Positions 37,401 to 50,665 of a stretch of 64,000 nucleotides of DNA are shown here, one piece after another (position 1 is the first letter of the stretch; every line of letters begins with the position of its first letter). The translations under genes were made by a program, and so were the position numbers. The notes under the pieces are model-generated. The model saw only the letters and a list, made by a program, of their open reading frames with translations, searched no databases and had not been told where the DNA came from. Source of the DNA: Blasia pusilla (lineage: Eukaryota); the NCBI GenBank assembly GCA_050084515.1, contig CM114271.1, positions 13,640,001-13,704,000 of the forward strand, in the 5' to 3' direction.

Positions 37401-38590
37401 CAATATTTTTTCCAAATGTCCAATTGGCAATTTCCGGTCCTTGCTGGGCAACATAATGAGATCCCACCAAAATAGCCATCCACTGGTAACTTGCGTGCAC
37501 AAGTTACTGGAAGACCGTTGACTTGGTCAACGGATCACCTAAGTGACTAAGACCAAAATAAAGACCAAAATCGCTTAGAAATGATGTTCTTGACGCAACA
37601 TACATGTCGCCAACCTCATCCGACATCTTAGGACAAAGTTATACCCAAACAACCCGATGATCATGACGCTCATTGTCGTTGACGTGGTAGAACTCTACAT
37701 GTCGGCTAACTAAGATGTGACACACATTTGAGCTAAGTAATTGTTCAGGATGCACCTAGAGGAATAACCAACCCGCATTGGTTTGGATGGAGAATGGTTG
37801 AGGTTTAGTGATCAAATCTTCATAGGCAGACCATACGCACCTTGGAAGACTTGGAACCGATTACCATCAGGCGACTTCACCAACTCACCTATGGAACATG
37901 TGACGGGTTAAATCTTTTGCTTGCAAATCTCAAGGTGAGGGTTTCTTCGTAGGCTAGCAAAAGGAAGTAGAGGTTGAACTCTACAACTTTGATCTCCAAA
38001 CTCAAGTTAACTGTCTTTAGCTTTGTATGATTATATTTTGGAATAACAAACTAGAAAGTGACATTTGAAAAAATATTCCTAATACTCAGTTCTCTTTTAT
38101 GCATTGTCTTACTCTTTGTGTGCATGAAAATATGTTTGGTGGAGGGAGTAACGCGGACAAGTAACTTTAAAATTGCCTCCAAAACTATCCCTAAATGCTC
38201 CGCTTAATCGGATCACTGGAAGACTCCCAACAATGGGTCTCTAACTCCCGGGTTTCTTGGAATGCTTCAAGAGCCAGGTTAGGTTTGCCCGACTAGGTCT
38301 ACGTGCAAAAAAATGTTTTGTTACAAATCTACGTGGAGAATCAAAGAGTGCTCCGAAAATTCTCACAAATCTATGTGTTTTGTAATGTTCGTTTTATTGT
38401 GGGGAAAACCTTCATAGAGAAAACAAACGATTTCGGTGCAGATGGCGGTGGTGCGAGTTCCACACGGGATCTATAGTCAATGATTGGAGAGGTTGACAAT
38501 AAACGTGGAAGATTTGCAAGACACCGGTCTATCCAGACATTGGAAATTCCATGCGAACTGAATTCATCTTTACAGCAATACATGACCACC

Positions 38591-40228
38591 TTACGGGTGC
38601 ACGGCGAAAGAAGGGACAATGACTCTCCAGTCTCTGTAGTTGTAAAAGCTCATAGGCATGTGCGAGTCGGAAAGCCAAGTGCAAGAATTTGACGAAAAGT
38701 CGAAAACCAACAAAGTCCTGTTTGGGTGGTCGTTGGAACCTTCTTGCTGCCATACATACATAATCTCTCCTCTGCCGGCGCACCTGAAGTTGTAAGATTG
38801 ATGCAGTGGCGGCGGGTTGCCGCTTAAGCTGTTCAGCAGAAGTGGTGGCATCTCCTTCGCTTCCAAAACTAGTATCTCCTCTTCATTGAGCGAATCGGCA
38901 GAGTCTGTAATGTCTACAATCTCCAAAAACTCTATGGTCTGCGGATGGAGGATATTGAGGATCCGGCTCCATCCTTTCAGCACCAGAATGCTGCCCCTGT
39001 GTGCCACCAGTTGAAGATAATGGAGACCAGACGGGAACGTATATTCTGATGGGAGCTCGATTTGACTCCATTGCTCTTTCTCCACATTGAATTTCAGCAG
39101 CTGGCTCGCTCGATTTTGATCCACAGCTGCGCCTAAGCAGTACATGTTCCCATTGCTGCACGTGATCGCTTGGTCGTAAAATTCCACCCCCGGCGGCACC
39201 CTGGCCACCTTCTTCCATAATCCCGTCAAGGAGTTGTACACGAGCGTCGTCCGATTGCAACCCTTGTAAATTCCTGCGACCACAAGCTTGTAGCCATTTT
39301 TTCTGCTGCTGCTGCTGCTACCAGCGACGATGACGCTCAATCCAACTACAATCTCCCTCCCTTGGCAGATGGAGAGCCACGTGCTTTTGGCCGGAGGCGG
39401 TGGCATACGAGACTCTTGATCTTCGGCACAAGGAATTTGCAGCCGTCTCCAAGTTTTGGTCATCGGATTGCACACGATGAATTCTCCGAAGGATGCTTTA
39501 GTTGCATCCACTCTCTCGAAACAGAGCAGGCCACCGCCGGAGGCAACCAGCCACAGGGAGGCGCCATCCAGCGGAAGGAAGAGCAGAGGCATCTTTTCCC
39601 ACCTGTTCTGGCTCGAGCTATACACTGTGAGGGTTCCGCGGTCCCAGTTGAGGAGCACGCTCCGTGAAGCGTAATCTGATCGGTGAAGATAACACGACGA
39701 TGATGGAGAAAGGATGAGGTTGTTCCACTGCTTGCACACGCGACGAAATTGAATCAGACTCGAGAACGGAAGCTTTGCCAAAACACGTTTGAGAAGGTCG
39801 TCCGGAAGCATCTCCCACAAACTGGGACTGAGATCATCGCCGAATTCGCTTTCAGATGAGTCCAACGATTCGCGCCGTTCTTGTTCTTCTTCGCCATTTC
39901 CATCATCGTCAAACTCCCTCAGTTCGCCATCGTCCTTACTCTTAGATCCACAATAGAAGTTCATTGCGTGCTCTAAGATGAGTCCTTGTACATCGGTACT
40001 GCGGCAATCTCCTGAATGCATTAGATTGCACTCATTTTCTAGATCTTCCTTGGCTTCACTACTAATAACCTTGCGACTGCGTTGAGTCTTTCGCGGATTC
40101 CTTTCTCCACAGAGAGTTGGACTCATTAACGATTGTAGGCCATATCTGATCTCTTTGTTTCCAGCATACGTCGGATGAAGGTGCCCACGCTGTTGTGAAT
40201 TCCCTTCCGCACTACAGCAGGTTCCCAT
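38591..40228 (-). CDS. Intronless F-box protein with a C-terminal kelch/FBA-like beta-propeller region
   Basis: Open 545-aa frame from ATG at 40228. F-box LWEMLPDDLLKRVLAKLPFSSLIQFRRVCKQWN; downstream LVASGGGLLCF, VCNPMTKTWRRL, YKLVVAG, VYNSLTGLW typical of plant F-box/kelch-like proteins. Confidence 0.9.
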   Translation of the reverse strand: MGTCCSAEGNSQQRGHLHPTYAGNKEIRYGLQSLMSPTLCGERNPRKTQRSRKVISSEAKEDLENECNLMHSGDCRSTDVQGLILEHAMNFYCGSKSKDDGELREFDDDGNGEEEQERRESLDSSESEFGDDLSPSLWEMLPDDLLKRVLAKLPFSSLIQFRRVCKQWNNLILSPSSSCYLHRSDYASRSVLLNWDRGTLTVYSSSQNRWEKMPLLFLPLDGASLWLVASGGGLLCFERVDATKASFGEFIVCNPMTKTWRRLQIPCAEDQESRMPPPPAKSTWLSICQGREIVVGLSVIVAGSSSSSRKNGYKLVVAGIYKGCNRTTLVYNSLTGLWKKVARVPPGVEFYDQAITCSNGNMYCLGAAVDQNRASQLLKFNVEKEQWSQIELPSEYTFPSGLHYLQLVAHRGSILVLKGWSRILNILHPQTIEFLEIVDITDSADSLNEEEILVLEAKEMPPLLLNSLSGNPPPLHQSYNFRCAGRGEIMYVWQQEGSNDHPNRTLLVFDFSSNSCTWLSDSHMPMSFYNYRDWRVIVPSFAVHP

Positions 40229-41684
40229 CAATTGCCCTCTCCCGCTAACAAATCGAGATGGAGATGGAGAAGGAATCGGCGGGCGAAAGGCGCTCCTCTG
40301 ATCCTCTCACTGAAAGCGAGGAAAAGTCCAGCCGGATCTAAGATATTGAAGATGCCATACGAAGATCGACATAACCTCTGAACTACCAGAAGAAATCGAA
40401 GCTAGACGTGGACATTCCAGTCATAGATGAAATCCAACTGGATCGCAGAATCCCGATTTACATCATGGTTGACTTCTAATGTCAATTTGCTGTGTGCCTC
40501 GTGATGGGAAGAACGTCCACCTTCCTAGGAAATGGGGGCAGAAGCAAGTGACCGTCAGCTTTCGACGAGCTTTACAACCACATGCTTCTTGAATAGGAAT
40601 AATGTCTCGAGGGGCAAGACAGGCATGGTTGCGTAAACCCATGATTAGGCTGACCAGTTACTAGTCAAGCACTGTAAATTGATGGGGCAAGCAAGGGCCC
40701 AACATCAAGGTTAGTAGGGAGGCGACTGGGTCAAGTTCTGGAAATTGATGTCACCTGCTGCATCAACATCCAGGAGACGAGTAAAACTTACCTGTCACAG
40801 TTATATTCGGACATTCAACATCTGTCAACACGAAGAGCAGATGTCGCAATGTGCGGCACTTCCGCATGACATTGTTGGAAAATGCCGATGAATCAGGCTA
40901 CTGTATTAAGATTACTGTTAGCTGTAAGGATGGTCGCTCCATCTGCCGCAGTGCCCGGATGAATTCTAGATATCAGAGCCCTGATTCTTGGCTACGTCGT
41001 GCTCAGAAAATCTTGGCGGTCACCTTCTTCTCACATATCTTCGGACCGGTGTTTCAAATTCTTACACGGAAGATCATGAATCTGTAGTCCTATTCTCGTT
41101 CACAGCCTTGGCACACCTTGCTTCTACCTTGGGATTGAGATGGGCAAAGTTCTCCCTACGACTTTGTTTAGGCTTCTAAACACAGGCGTATAGGCGAGGT
41201 ATGTTATTGGCTGTTTAGGAGAGGATTTTGAAGGGGCACTCTCTTCGTCTGATTGTTCCCAACAACAACAATAATAATTTCCAAACACAACACGGTAACA
41301 TTTTCCTCTATTTTGAGAATTAACTCACTGTAGTCTTCTTTCGTGCGCATTACTTTTCCCTTTATTCTTGCAATTCAAATAATACTTCTAAGGCAAATCC
41401 GTGCAATATCCTATATACTAAATGAAAAGCTTACATAAAAAAGAAAAGGAAATTAAGTTATTATCATTAATTTAAATAATACCAGAAAAAAAGAGATTGC
41501 AAGTTCAAACCATCTAGGGAATCTTCCTCTCTTTCTAGGGAAAGGATCTTGGTCCAGAGACATTACAAGTTCATCTCATAATCTCTCCATATTTTCACAT
41601 CTACTCCATAAATTGAGGACAAGAAGTCTCCGACCCTCGCTTGCCATTGTAGATGGATATTGAGTCTGAAGCGGATGTGGTGGC

Positions 41685-43560
41685 TCTCGTGCCAGTAGAC
41701 ATCAATGCAAACAGACATCGGCTTTCATGCACACAAGTCTAACATCTATCTAACTATGAATCCTAACACATCTACATATGAACGACTGGACAACCCAACA
41801 ATAAAATGCCACGTTGATCAAATGTGCAATCAACTATGCCTAGTCCAAGAATCCACTCAATGATACACAGTCTGCAATGAACTCTCAATATGTGTGATTT
41901 CCGATCAAACCTATTTCATTCTTCAAAAGAGAATCTAGGCTCAATACATGCAAGTTACATTGTATCATGGATCCCAACATGGGTTTGATCTAAGGAAGAT
42001 GAACTTTGAATGAACTTCATTCGAGGTACACCCCCCTTGGGCACCTCCCCGGGTGACTTGCACACACAGGTAATCTCCTCCTAGCAGGTCACCAACGACC
42101 TAGAGAACACAAGGTACTAACTCCCTAACAACTACATACAAGGTCCTTTCATAAGGTCAACTAATACTCAACTCAAAACTAAAACTCAAACCCTGTAGGC
42201 CCAAGTGGTTCCACACAAAGGATAACATGGTGAACCTCCCCAAGATTGCTACTTCTCATAAAGGGAAGCATGACCTATGGTTGTAGATCACCTCCTAAGA
42301 GCATGTCACATATTACCTCTTAAAATGGGGAAGTACAAGACCCATCTAATATAAGGCCTCAATACTATTTCTCCTTACATCTCATCTACCATAATAGTTG
42401 TCATGTAAGTTGACATCGTTGCCAACATAGATGCGTTGTCATGCACACAAGTCTAAGATCCATCTAATTATGAATCTAACACATTTACACATGAACGACT
42501 AGAAAACCCAAATCATCCCTCTAGCTGGTGGTTAGGTCTAAGTATAAATATTATGCACCTTTCTGTGCTAAGATCAAGAGGTTGGGTGCTATGTTGCCCT
42601 ATCATTAGTCACCTTCTTGCAATCCATAACATCAAGAGTCATCTTGTAATCTACTTATAATATCTATGTACATTTGGGGCAAAATCAACGTCACTAAGGA
42701 ATCAAATGAAGAAGCGGTGTCGAACAAAAATATATGCCATACTTGAGAACACCCATCATAGACTAGCATCGTGGCTACTCCGTTAGAAGACCCATACAAC
42801 ATACATCTCAAACTTGTAGGAACAAGTGCCAAACTCAGATCAATAATCCCATCCACATTCAGAAGATGATATGGTGCATAGTTATGTACATAATCTCTGT
42901 AAAGGGGGACCATCACAAGCTTCTAAAAAAAAGTACAGTTTCCTAAAAGTAAAAACTCTTGTCGTAGTACTTGCAGAATAGTGCATCCTATTGTCACGTC
43001 CTATGTTGTTGATGCCATTTGCGTAAGTAGACATAATCAACATGATGGAATAGTCGTATCCCTTATTGATACCTCAGAGTATTGCGATGCCAAGCGATAG
43101 CGAGGTTCTTAAATGCCATAAGCATGGTACTCCAAAAGATCTCAGTCGGTTGAGAATATGCTTGCATCCAAAAGTCTGGGTCATCAAGTTCAAGTACTTA
43201 GACCACATCTATACTAGCTCTCTCCCATAGAGCAGGAAATACGATGAAAATAATGCCAACCATGCTTGTCGATTGGAGCAATAACCCATTGCACCAACCA
43301 TAAAAATTATAGGTCCCAATCTCTTAAGTGTCCTCTTTGCAGCCGATACTTGCGTAATGCTCTTCTCACTATTTGCAAAACTCTCTCTGCCAAACCATCT
43401 ACCTCCAAATGATCTCGAGAAGTTGACCGATGACCAATCACCACCTGATGCCACAAGGCATGAAAATCACCCCTAAACTCAGCACCCTAGCTTATCAACA
43501 CCTCCGCTGATGCGCCAAAATGAGTAAGCTCTCAATCAATAAATGCATAAGCGGCTCCAA
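41685..43560 (-). mobile_element. 3' fragment of DNMT-gypsy family (copy 3): integrase end, PHD remnant, B-A-B repeats
   Basis: B copies at ~41685-41800 and ~42399-42512, with A between them; PHD remnant CMLYGSSNGVATMLVYDGCSQVWH; integrase remnant FSSYFLLYGREL. Confidence 0.85.
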
Positions 43561-44467
43561 ACAATGCTACTCCAAAAACCACCTATGTCATATTACTATG
43601 AATCCTTCAACATCTAAGTCAAAACCATCAATCTAGGCTTCACACCATACAAGGGGGCCGATCAGATTAATGGTGCTCAGAGAAGTCGATGCTGAGAATC
43701 CAACAGTCATGGCTATGTGGTATGCCTAGAGGTTGGTTTCAATATTTTTGTGACTTGGTGTTGGTGTTGTGTATCATGATTGGAGCGAGATGCGTGATGT
43801 GCATTGAGAGTTTGCAAAAGAGTGCTAGAGGTGGAGACACATGCATCCACGTCGAGGAGTAGTCCACTTCCGTTGACTGGAGGTTGGACGTGTTGTTGGA
43901 CATGATGTTCAAGGAGATTGTCGCACCACATGGAAAAATTAATGTTGATCATGCATTAGAGGGATGGCATGCATGCTCTAGCACTTCACTAACATGTATA
44001 CTCTATATCATATGCGTGCGAGACCCTATTAAACCACCCCTACTTTTTTTCCCGCTAATATTAAAGCCCCTTCTTACATTTGTAGCATTGTATTAAAGGC
44101 CCTATCTTAGAAGTGGCCTTTGTATATTCTAGACCCTCACTTGAAAAAAAACTTATGTAAAAAAAATTTTTTGCGTGCAAGCAAGATTACGAATAACATA
44201 ATCCAATTTAATCTGATTGCATTCATAACATGAGCACATGTATGAAAATTGAAGGGGGCTGGTATTCTGGCAAGAGAGAGGAAGAGAGGAGAGGAAGAGA
44301 GGAGAGTCTCTCTTAAAAAAAAAGCACAAAAGGGAAAAAACACTGAAACTCTCTTCAAAAAATATGAAGATTATGGATAATAAGTGAGTAATTTATTTGA
44401 AGAGAGGAAACTTAGTGCAACCCGTCGAAATCCGACGAGTTGCAATCTTTTGGTTTGTTGGTTTTTT

Positions 44468-44585
44468 TTTTTGGGGTAAAGGAAAAAATTTCATTTTTTG
44501 GGTTTTTTTAACGTTTGCAACCCTTCGGACTTCGACAAACGTTAAAAAACCCCCAAAAATGAAAATTTTTCCTTAACAAAAAAAA
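44468..44585. repeat. Imperfect ~40-50-bp inverted repeat (hairpin)
   Basis: aaggaaaaaatttcattttttgggtttttttaacgtttg pairs with caaacgttaaaaaacccccaaaaatgaaaatttttcctt. Confidence 0.75.
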
Positions 44586-44880
44586 TTTGCGTTCTGACGG
44601 GTTGAAAAGGTAAAAAAATTAGAATTTATATATTTTTTTCACCACCAAATTTTTTTGGAAAAAATTTGCCTTTTCAACTTGTCAAACTTTCCTCTCTCCA
44701 ACATGTCGGAAACTCTCTTCAAACCAAAAGAGCCCTAGGGGTTGCCAATATCTTCCTCTCTCCTCTCTTCCTCTCCTCTTACCGCTCCTCAAAATTGAAT
44801 CACAATAGAAGAAGTCTCTTCAAATAATGAACGAGGGTGGACATAATATCCTCAAGGTATGGTTCTCCTCTAAGAATTTA

Positions 44881-45110
44881 TCAAGGGCTTTTCTCATTCT
44901 CATCTAAAGTCCATGTCCTGACCAGACCCACGCTTGTAACTCGCATGGTCACCAAGCTCACTACCATCTTAATATCAATCCATCTAGTATCTACCTTATT
45001 ATATTTAAACTTGTTCTTGCTATGGCCTACTGGCTTATACCAATTACACATGACTTGGCATATAGATTGGCCACTTTCATTCAAAGGGATAGGTCTTCAT
45101 GTCTAGATCA
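44881..45110 (-). pseudogene. Fragment homologous to the protein of the 59308-61600 transposon
   Basis: SICQVMCNWYKPVGH...VDTRWIDIKMVVS vs SICRIMCNWYKSFGH...IDVQWIDIEMVIS. Confidence 0.75.
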
Positions 45111-45153
45111 AGCAAACTCGGTACAATATTTCCTCCTAATATTTTGAACCCTT

Positions 45154-48100
45154 TGTCGTGCGAATACACATCGCTGCTAACATACATCAATTGTCATGCA
45201 TACACATGTCTGAGATCCATCTAGCTATGAATCATAACATCTCTACACATGAACGACTAGACAACCCGAATATAAAGTTGAATATGCACTGTAAACTCTA
45301 ATGAAATCTACAATTAACCATGCTTCATCCAAACAGCCATATTCGTGAATCAGATACTACACACTGTTGTTACAGCAAGAGAAAGTATACACAAGGACTC
45401 CCAAAATATGTGATCCTCCTTATTGATCGCTCCAAACCCACTCTTCAAGAGAGAATCCAGGCTCAATACATGCAAGCTGCATCGTATCACGGATCCCAAC
45501 ATGGGTCTCCAATCCTAAGCAAATGAGCTCGAAATGAGATTCATCATAGGTATACCCCCCTAGGCACCTCCATGGGTGATCTGTACATACACGTCACGTC
45601 CCTCCTAGCAAGTCACAACCAACCTGTAGTACATAAAGTACTAACTCTCTAACAACTACACATGTGGTCCCCTCATGAGACCAACTACCAACTAACCCAC
45701 GACCCTATAGGTCTAAGTGGAGTCATACATGGCTGGGAAGGTCAACCTCTCCAAGGTTACCACTCCTAAGAGCACGTCACATATGATCTCTCAAAATAGG
45801 GAAGTACAAGACCCCTTTAAGGCCTTGATACTATCTCGCCCTACACCTCATCTACTATGACAGTTGTCATGCGAATACAGATCGCTACCAACATACATCG
45901 GCTATCATGCACACACATATCTAAGATCCATCTAGCTATGAATCCTAACATCTCTACACATGAATGATTAGAAAGCCCCAATCTCTCCCTAGCTTGTGGT
46001 TAGGTCCCTCTATCTCCACATAGCCTACAAAACAAGTCTAAATGCTATGCATCTTTTCGGTGCTAAGATCATGAGGTCGGGTGTTATGTTGCCCCATCGC
46101 TAGTCACCTTTGAGCAATCCATAACATCAAGAGTCATCTTGTAATCTACCTATCACCTATGTACATAAGGGATAAAGCCAACGTCCCTGAGGAACCAAGT
46201 TAAGAGGCGGCGTCAAACACGACATATGCCATACTCAAGAACAACCATCACAGACTAGCATTGTGGCTGCGCCTCTGGTGGATCCACACAACATGCATCT
46301 CAAGCCTGCAAGAATAAGTGCCAAGCTTGGATCTTTCCAAACGGTACCATCATGACCCTATAAAACTAGGACTCCTGAAGGTAAAATCTCTCGCACTCGC
46401 AGAATAGTGCATCCCGCTGTCACATCCAATGTGGTTGGTGTTGTCTGCTATAGGTAGATATAATTGCCAAGATGGAATCTCCAAAATCCTTTTCAATAGC
46501 CTCCTCCACGCGTAGTCGCATACTTCAGAGTATCGCAATGCTAAGCGATAGCCAAGTTTTCAAACGCCATAGGCATGACTTTCCAAAAGAGCTCAACCCG
46601 TTGAGAACACGCTCGCACCCATACGTCTAGATCGTCGAGGTCAAGTACCTCAACCACATCTCGTCGAATTGACAACGATCACTCTGCTCTCTCCCATAGA
46701 CCAAGGAATACGGTGAAAATGATGCCAAGGACGCCTCCCGACTGAAGCTGTAACCCATCGCCAACCACAGCAAGTGTAGGTCTCAATCTCCTAAGTGTCC
46801 TCTCTGCAATCCATACTTGCACAATCCTCTCTTCATCGTTTGCACAACTCTCTCTGCCAAACCATCTGCCTCTGCATGATCTTGAGAAGTTGTACAATGA
46901 TCTATCAGTGCGTGATCGCACAAGGCCTGAAAGTCACACCTAAACTCAGTACCCTGGTCTGTCAATACCTTTGCTGGTGCACCGAAATGAATAAGCACTC
47001 GATCAAGAAATGCATAATCCGATCCCTCACTTGACCTATCCAAAAATGCTATGAACTCAATCCACTTGGAGAAGTGCTCCACCATAACCAACACGTACCG
47101 ACTATGGCGTCTTGTCAATGGTAAAGGCCCCGCAAAGTCTAAACTCCAACTATACCCTAATCCCTTGATTGGTAAAGGATGCAAGTGTGGTTTCAAAGCA
47201 TTGAATGATGCCCCTACCTATCACATGTACATACAATGCATCTGGCTATAAATTGCTAAACATCAGTCTCCATACCATGCCACCAATATTGAATCCGAAT
47301 CAAGCTCTACGTACGCTTGACTCCAAAATGCCCTAACTCCTTGTGAGCATGTCTCACAACTTGTGCTCGTTGCAAAGCATGCAGCACCATCGGCACTTGT
47401 CCATCCTCCCAAACTCGAAGCACATGCCTCCCCTCCCACCTGAACGTCCTAACTCGATGAAGAACTTGATCCCGCTCTCTAGCGCCCACCGTGCTCGCTA
47501 AGACACATGTGCGTAGGTACTCCAAGACCATCTCATCGTCGTGGATGTCTCCAGTCCCTATTAACTCCTCACTAGCATATGGATCTAAGGACTCACCATC
47601 CAACCTCCCTCCTGGAGTGGATGCCTCCTGTTGACTTGACATAGCCAACATACACAAATAGGCAAATGCATGCCAACCCGACACCATCTCCTCATCACTC
47701 TCACCATGCCACCTCGCTCGAGTCGCATCGCTTTGGCTCGTGCATGGGTTATGACTCAACCCATCCGCATCTTGGTTCAGATGTCCTAGGAAATGGACAA
47801 CATGAAAATTGTACTCTTGCAACAAGAGTGACCATCTCGCAAGCTTATGTGTAAGCTTGTCAGACTCCATCAACCATCTGAGTGGCTGATGATCAGTGAT
47901 GAGCGTGAAAGAGTTCCCGAACAAATAACATCTGAAATGGGCCAATGCCCACACTACAACTAAGCACTCCCCCTCATAGGAACTTTACTTTGCCTTCGCA
48001 GCATTGTTTGAGCGGCTCGCATATGCCACTAAGAACTCCTTCAACTCATCATCTCTCTAAGTGAGCATCGCTCCTAACCCCAACATACTCCAGTCCGTAT

Positions 48101-49950
48101 GTAACTGGAACGGACAACCACACATAGGTCTCCTCAAAATGGGCGAGGACATTAGTATGTCCTTGAGCTCCTGAAATGCTTGCTCATGATCATCTCCCCA
48201 AAACCACTCTTGGTCCAACCTAGTCAGCAAAGTCAGTGCCTTTGCAATCGCACTAAAGCCCTTCACGTACCGTCAGTAGTAGTTTGCCAATGCCATGAAA
48301 GCTCGAACTTGACTCACATCTAAAGGGTGGGGAATGCGCGCTATGGCCTCCACCTTTGTATGCTGAACTCCAATACCCCTTGGATAAATGGTGTGTCCAA
48401 GATACTCAATCTGGTCATGGAAGAACCTGCACTTGCCTGGATGTAACTTCATCCCATGTAACTGGAATTGTTGAAACACCTCCTCTAGATGTCTCTCATG
48501 CGCCTCAACCGTGGCACTAAAGATGATAATGTCATCAATGTAACATCTTGCATAATCCCAACCAGCCAAAATTCTATCGTTAACTCCCTGAAAACCCGCA
48601 GAGGCGTTCTTCAACCCAAATGGTAAGAACCGCCACTGGTACAAACAATGCTTCCCGAAAGGATGTATTCCCCAAAATATTGTCTTCTCCTTGTTCTCCA
48701 CCCGGATGGGCAACTAATAATAGCCAATATGGAGATCCAAACAATTGAAGATCCTTACATGCCCCACTACATCAAAGATCTCCTTAGGAGTAGGCAAAGT
48801 ATAGCGATCAGCCTTCGTATGGCGATTGATAGGACAGTAATCCCCACACATCCGCCTATTGGTCCAGTGGCCATGCATGTCCTTCTTTGCCGGCATAACT
48901 ATGGCAGATGCATACTCTCCAAGAAATCTCTCCACGAGTCTAGTGGTAGCTAAGTCTTGACTCCTACTCTGAATCAAGGCTCGCTCCATGTAAGAATACC
49001 TGTCCTAGTAGACACTACAATGCAAAGTGGACGTAATGTCACAAACGCCTCTCGCATCCGTCTGTGCTCAGCTAATGCAACCCAAGACTGGACATTCAAG
49101 TAAGACAGTTGAGGGCCATAGCCTCACCGAATATCTATTTGCGGGATGCCTCTACCATCATAGGCCCCGCCGTCGTACCTATAGAGAACCCCATAGCTTG
49201 CTCTCGCTTGTCCCATGTCATGCCCGGTCCTCCTTGATGAAAAACATGAGATGACGGAAAACTCACCAACTAGGCAATGTTGCCCTCTGGTGGCCACTTC
49301 CAACGGTGGTACATCATCACGAGTAACAAGTTGCGAATGCCGCTTTGGATCCAAGATCACATCCATTGTAAGTAGTGATGGTCTTTGGACTCCATCATAA
49401 GCTTGCCTCAGCAACTCGGATGGTAAAAGGTTTGTCCACCACAATCGTGGACAGTGTGCGCGCGATCCAACAGTACTCGCTGCATCCAAAATCACCACGG
49501 GTCCTATCCATGACCACACATGATGTACACTCGCCATCACTCGGGCTCGAGTGTCACCTAATAATGGGATGTTCTCCAAAATATAGGTTGGAGAACATCG
49601 CTGGGTAGTCTGCAAGTGTCGGAGAACTTGCAACATCTCCCAAAACTGCGTCGACCTCGGGTCCTCCAAACCAAGCCCCTGACCCGCCAAAGAATGATCT
49701 TGACATGGCCATCTTGCCACCACCAAGTGTATCGGACAAACCCTATCCAGATCTGGCGCCCCCAACAGTGAAATGTCGGCCAACAATACATGATGATATC
49801 CCCTGAATGTAGACATTGGCAACAACTGAGGATACAGTTGGACTAGTCTCAACACATGATGTACTAAGACTCTACCTGCAGTCTCATCTCTCTCAACATT
49901 CAAGTACAACTGCAGTCGTATTTCGGCCTACAACACTACAGCCAACGCTG
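45154..49950 (-). mobile_element. 5'-truncated DNMT-gypsy element (copy 2): DNMT-RT-RH-INT-PHD-B-A-B
   Basis: Terminus TGTCGTGCG at 45154 is the reverse complement of the copy-1 end CGCACGACA. DNMT WPCQ/ENI/WWTNL in ORF 49124-49909; RT YIDDI in 48273-48713; RH 47307-48266; INT 46783-47196; PHD ~46160-46300. Confidence 0.92.
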
Positions 49951-50665
49951 TAGGTTTGAACCTCTTTAGGGTGGCTCATTTGTGCGGGCCCAACTTTAGG
50001 AAAAAAGGTAATAAATAAAAGATGGGATTATAAAAGCAAAGCAGTGGGGTTGGTGGTTTAATGGAAGAAAAGAAAAAGTAGTTTTGGTTGGTGGCTAGGA
50101 TAGTTGGGATAGTTTGGAAAATATGAAGTGAGTAAAGGAGGATATTTTGGAAGAGATAACTCGAGGGGGGCACTCTTTGTATACCTCTTACATCACCTAC
50201 GACGTTTTGGGGTCGGAAACCCCTAACTTATAAGTGAAATTTTTTTTCCTCCCCCTTACTTACTTTAAAACCGCAATTTTTTTAAAATTATAACCCCTAT
50301 ATTCTGTTAAGTAAATTTGTGTCCTTGATTTGTTTAGGGGCTTGAAAGTAAAGATAAGTACCTCTTCGCGCGGTGGTCTTGTATTGTTGCACTTGATAAT
50401 AGGCTATCAAAAGCTTTCAGCAATACCCAAGCCACTGCCAAACATAGTAATGATATGTAAGGCGGAATTACCTGCATGTTTCCATTGAATCAATATTTAG
50501 TGCAACTTCCACTTTCCCCATTACTTTGACACCTATGACGGAGAGAAATTGAACCTCTGTATTGGCAGGATGCTCATATGGCCACGCCGTCATCCCCCTA
50601 ATCTATCCCCTCCTAAAACTAGCCTATCATAAACTCACAAAATGACTTCACACATAACATGCACA

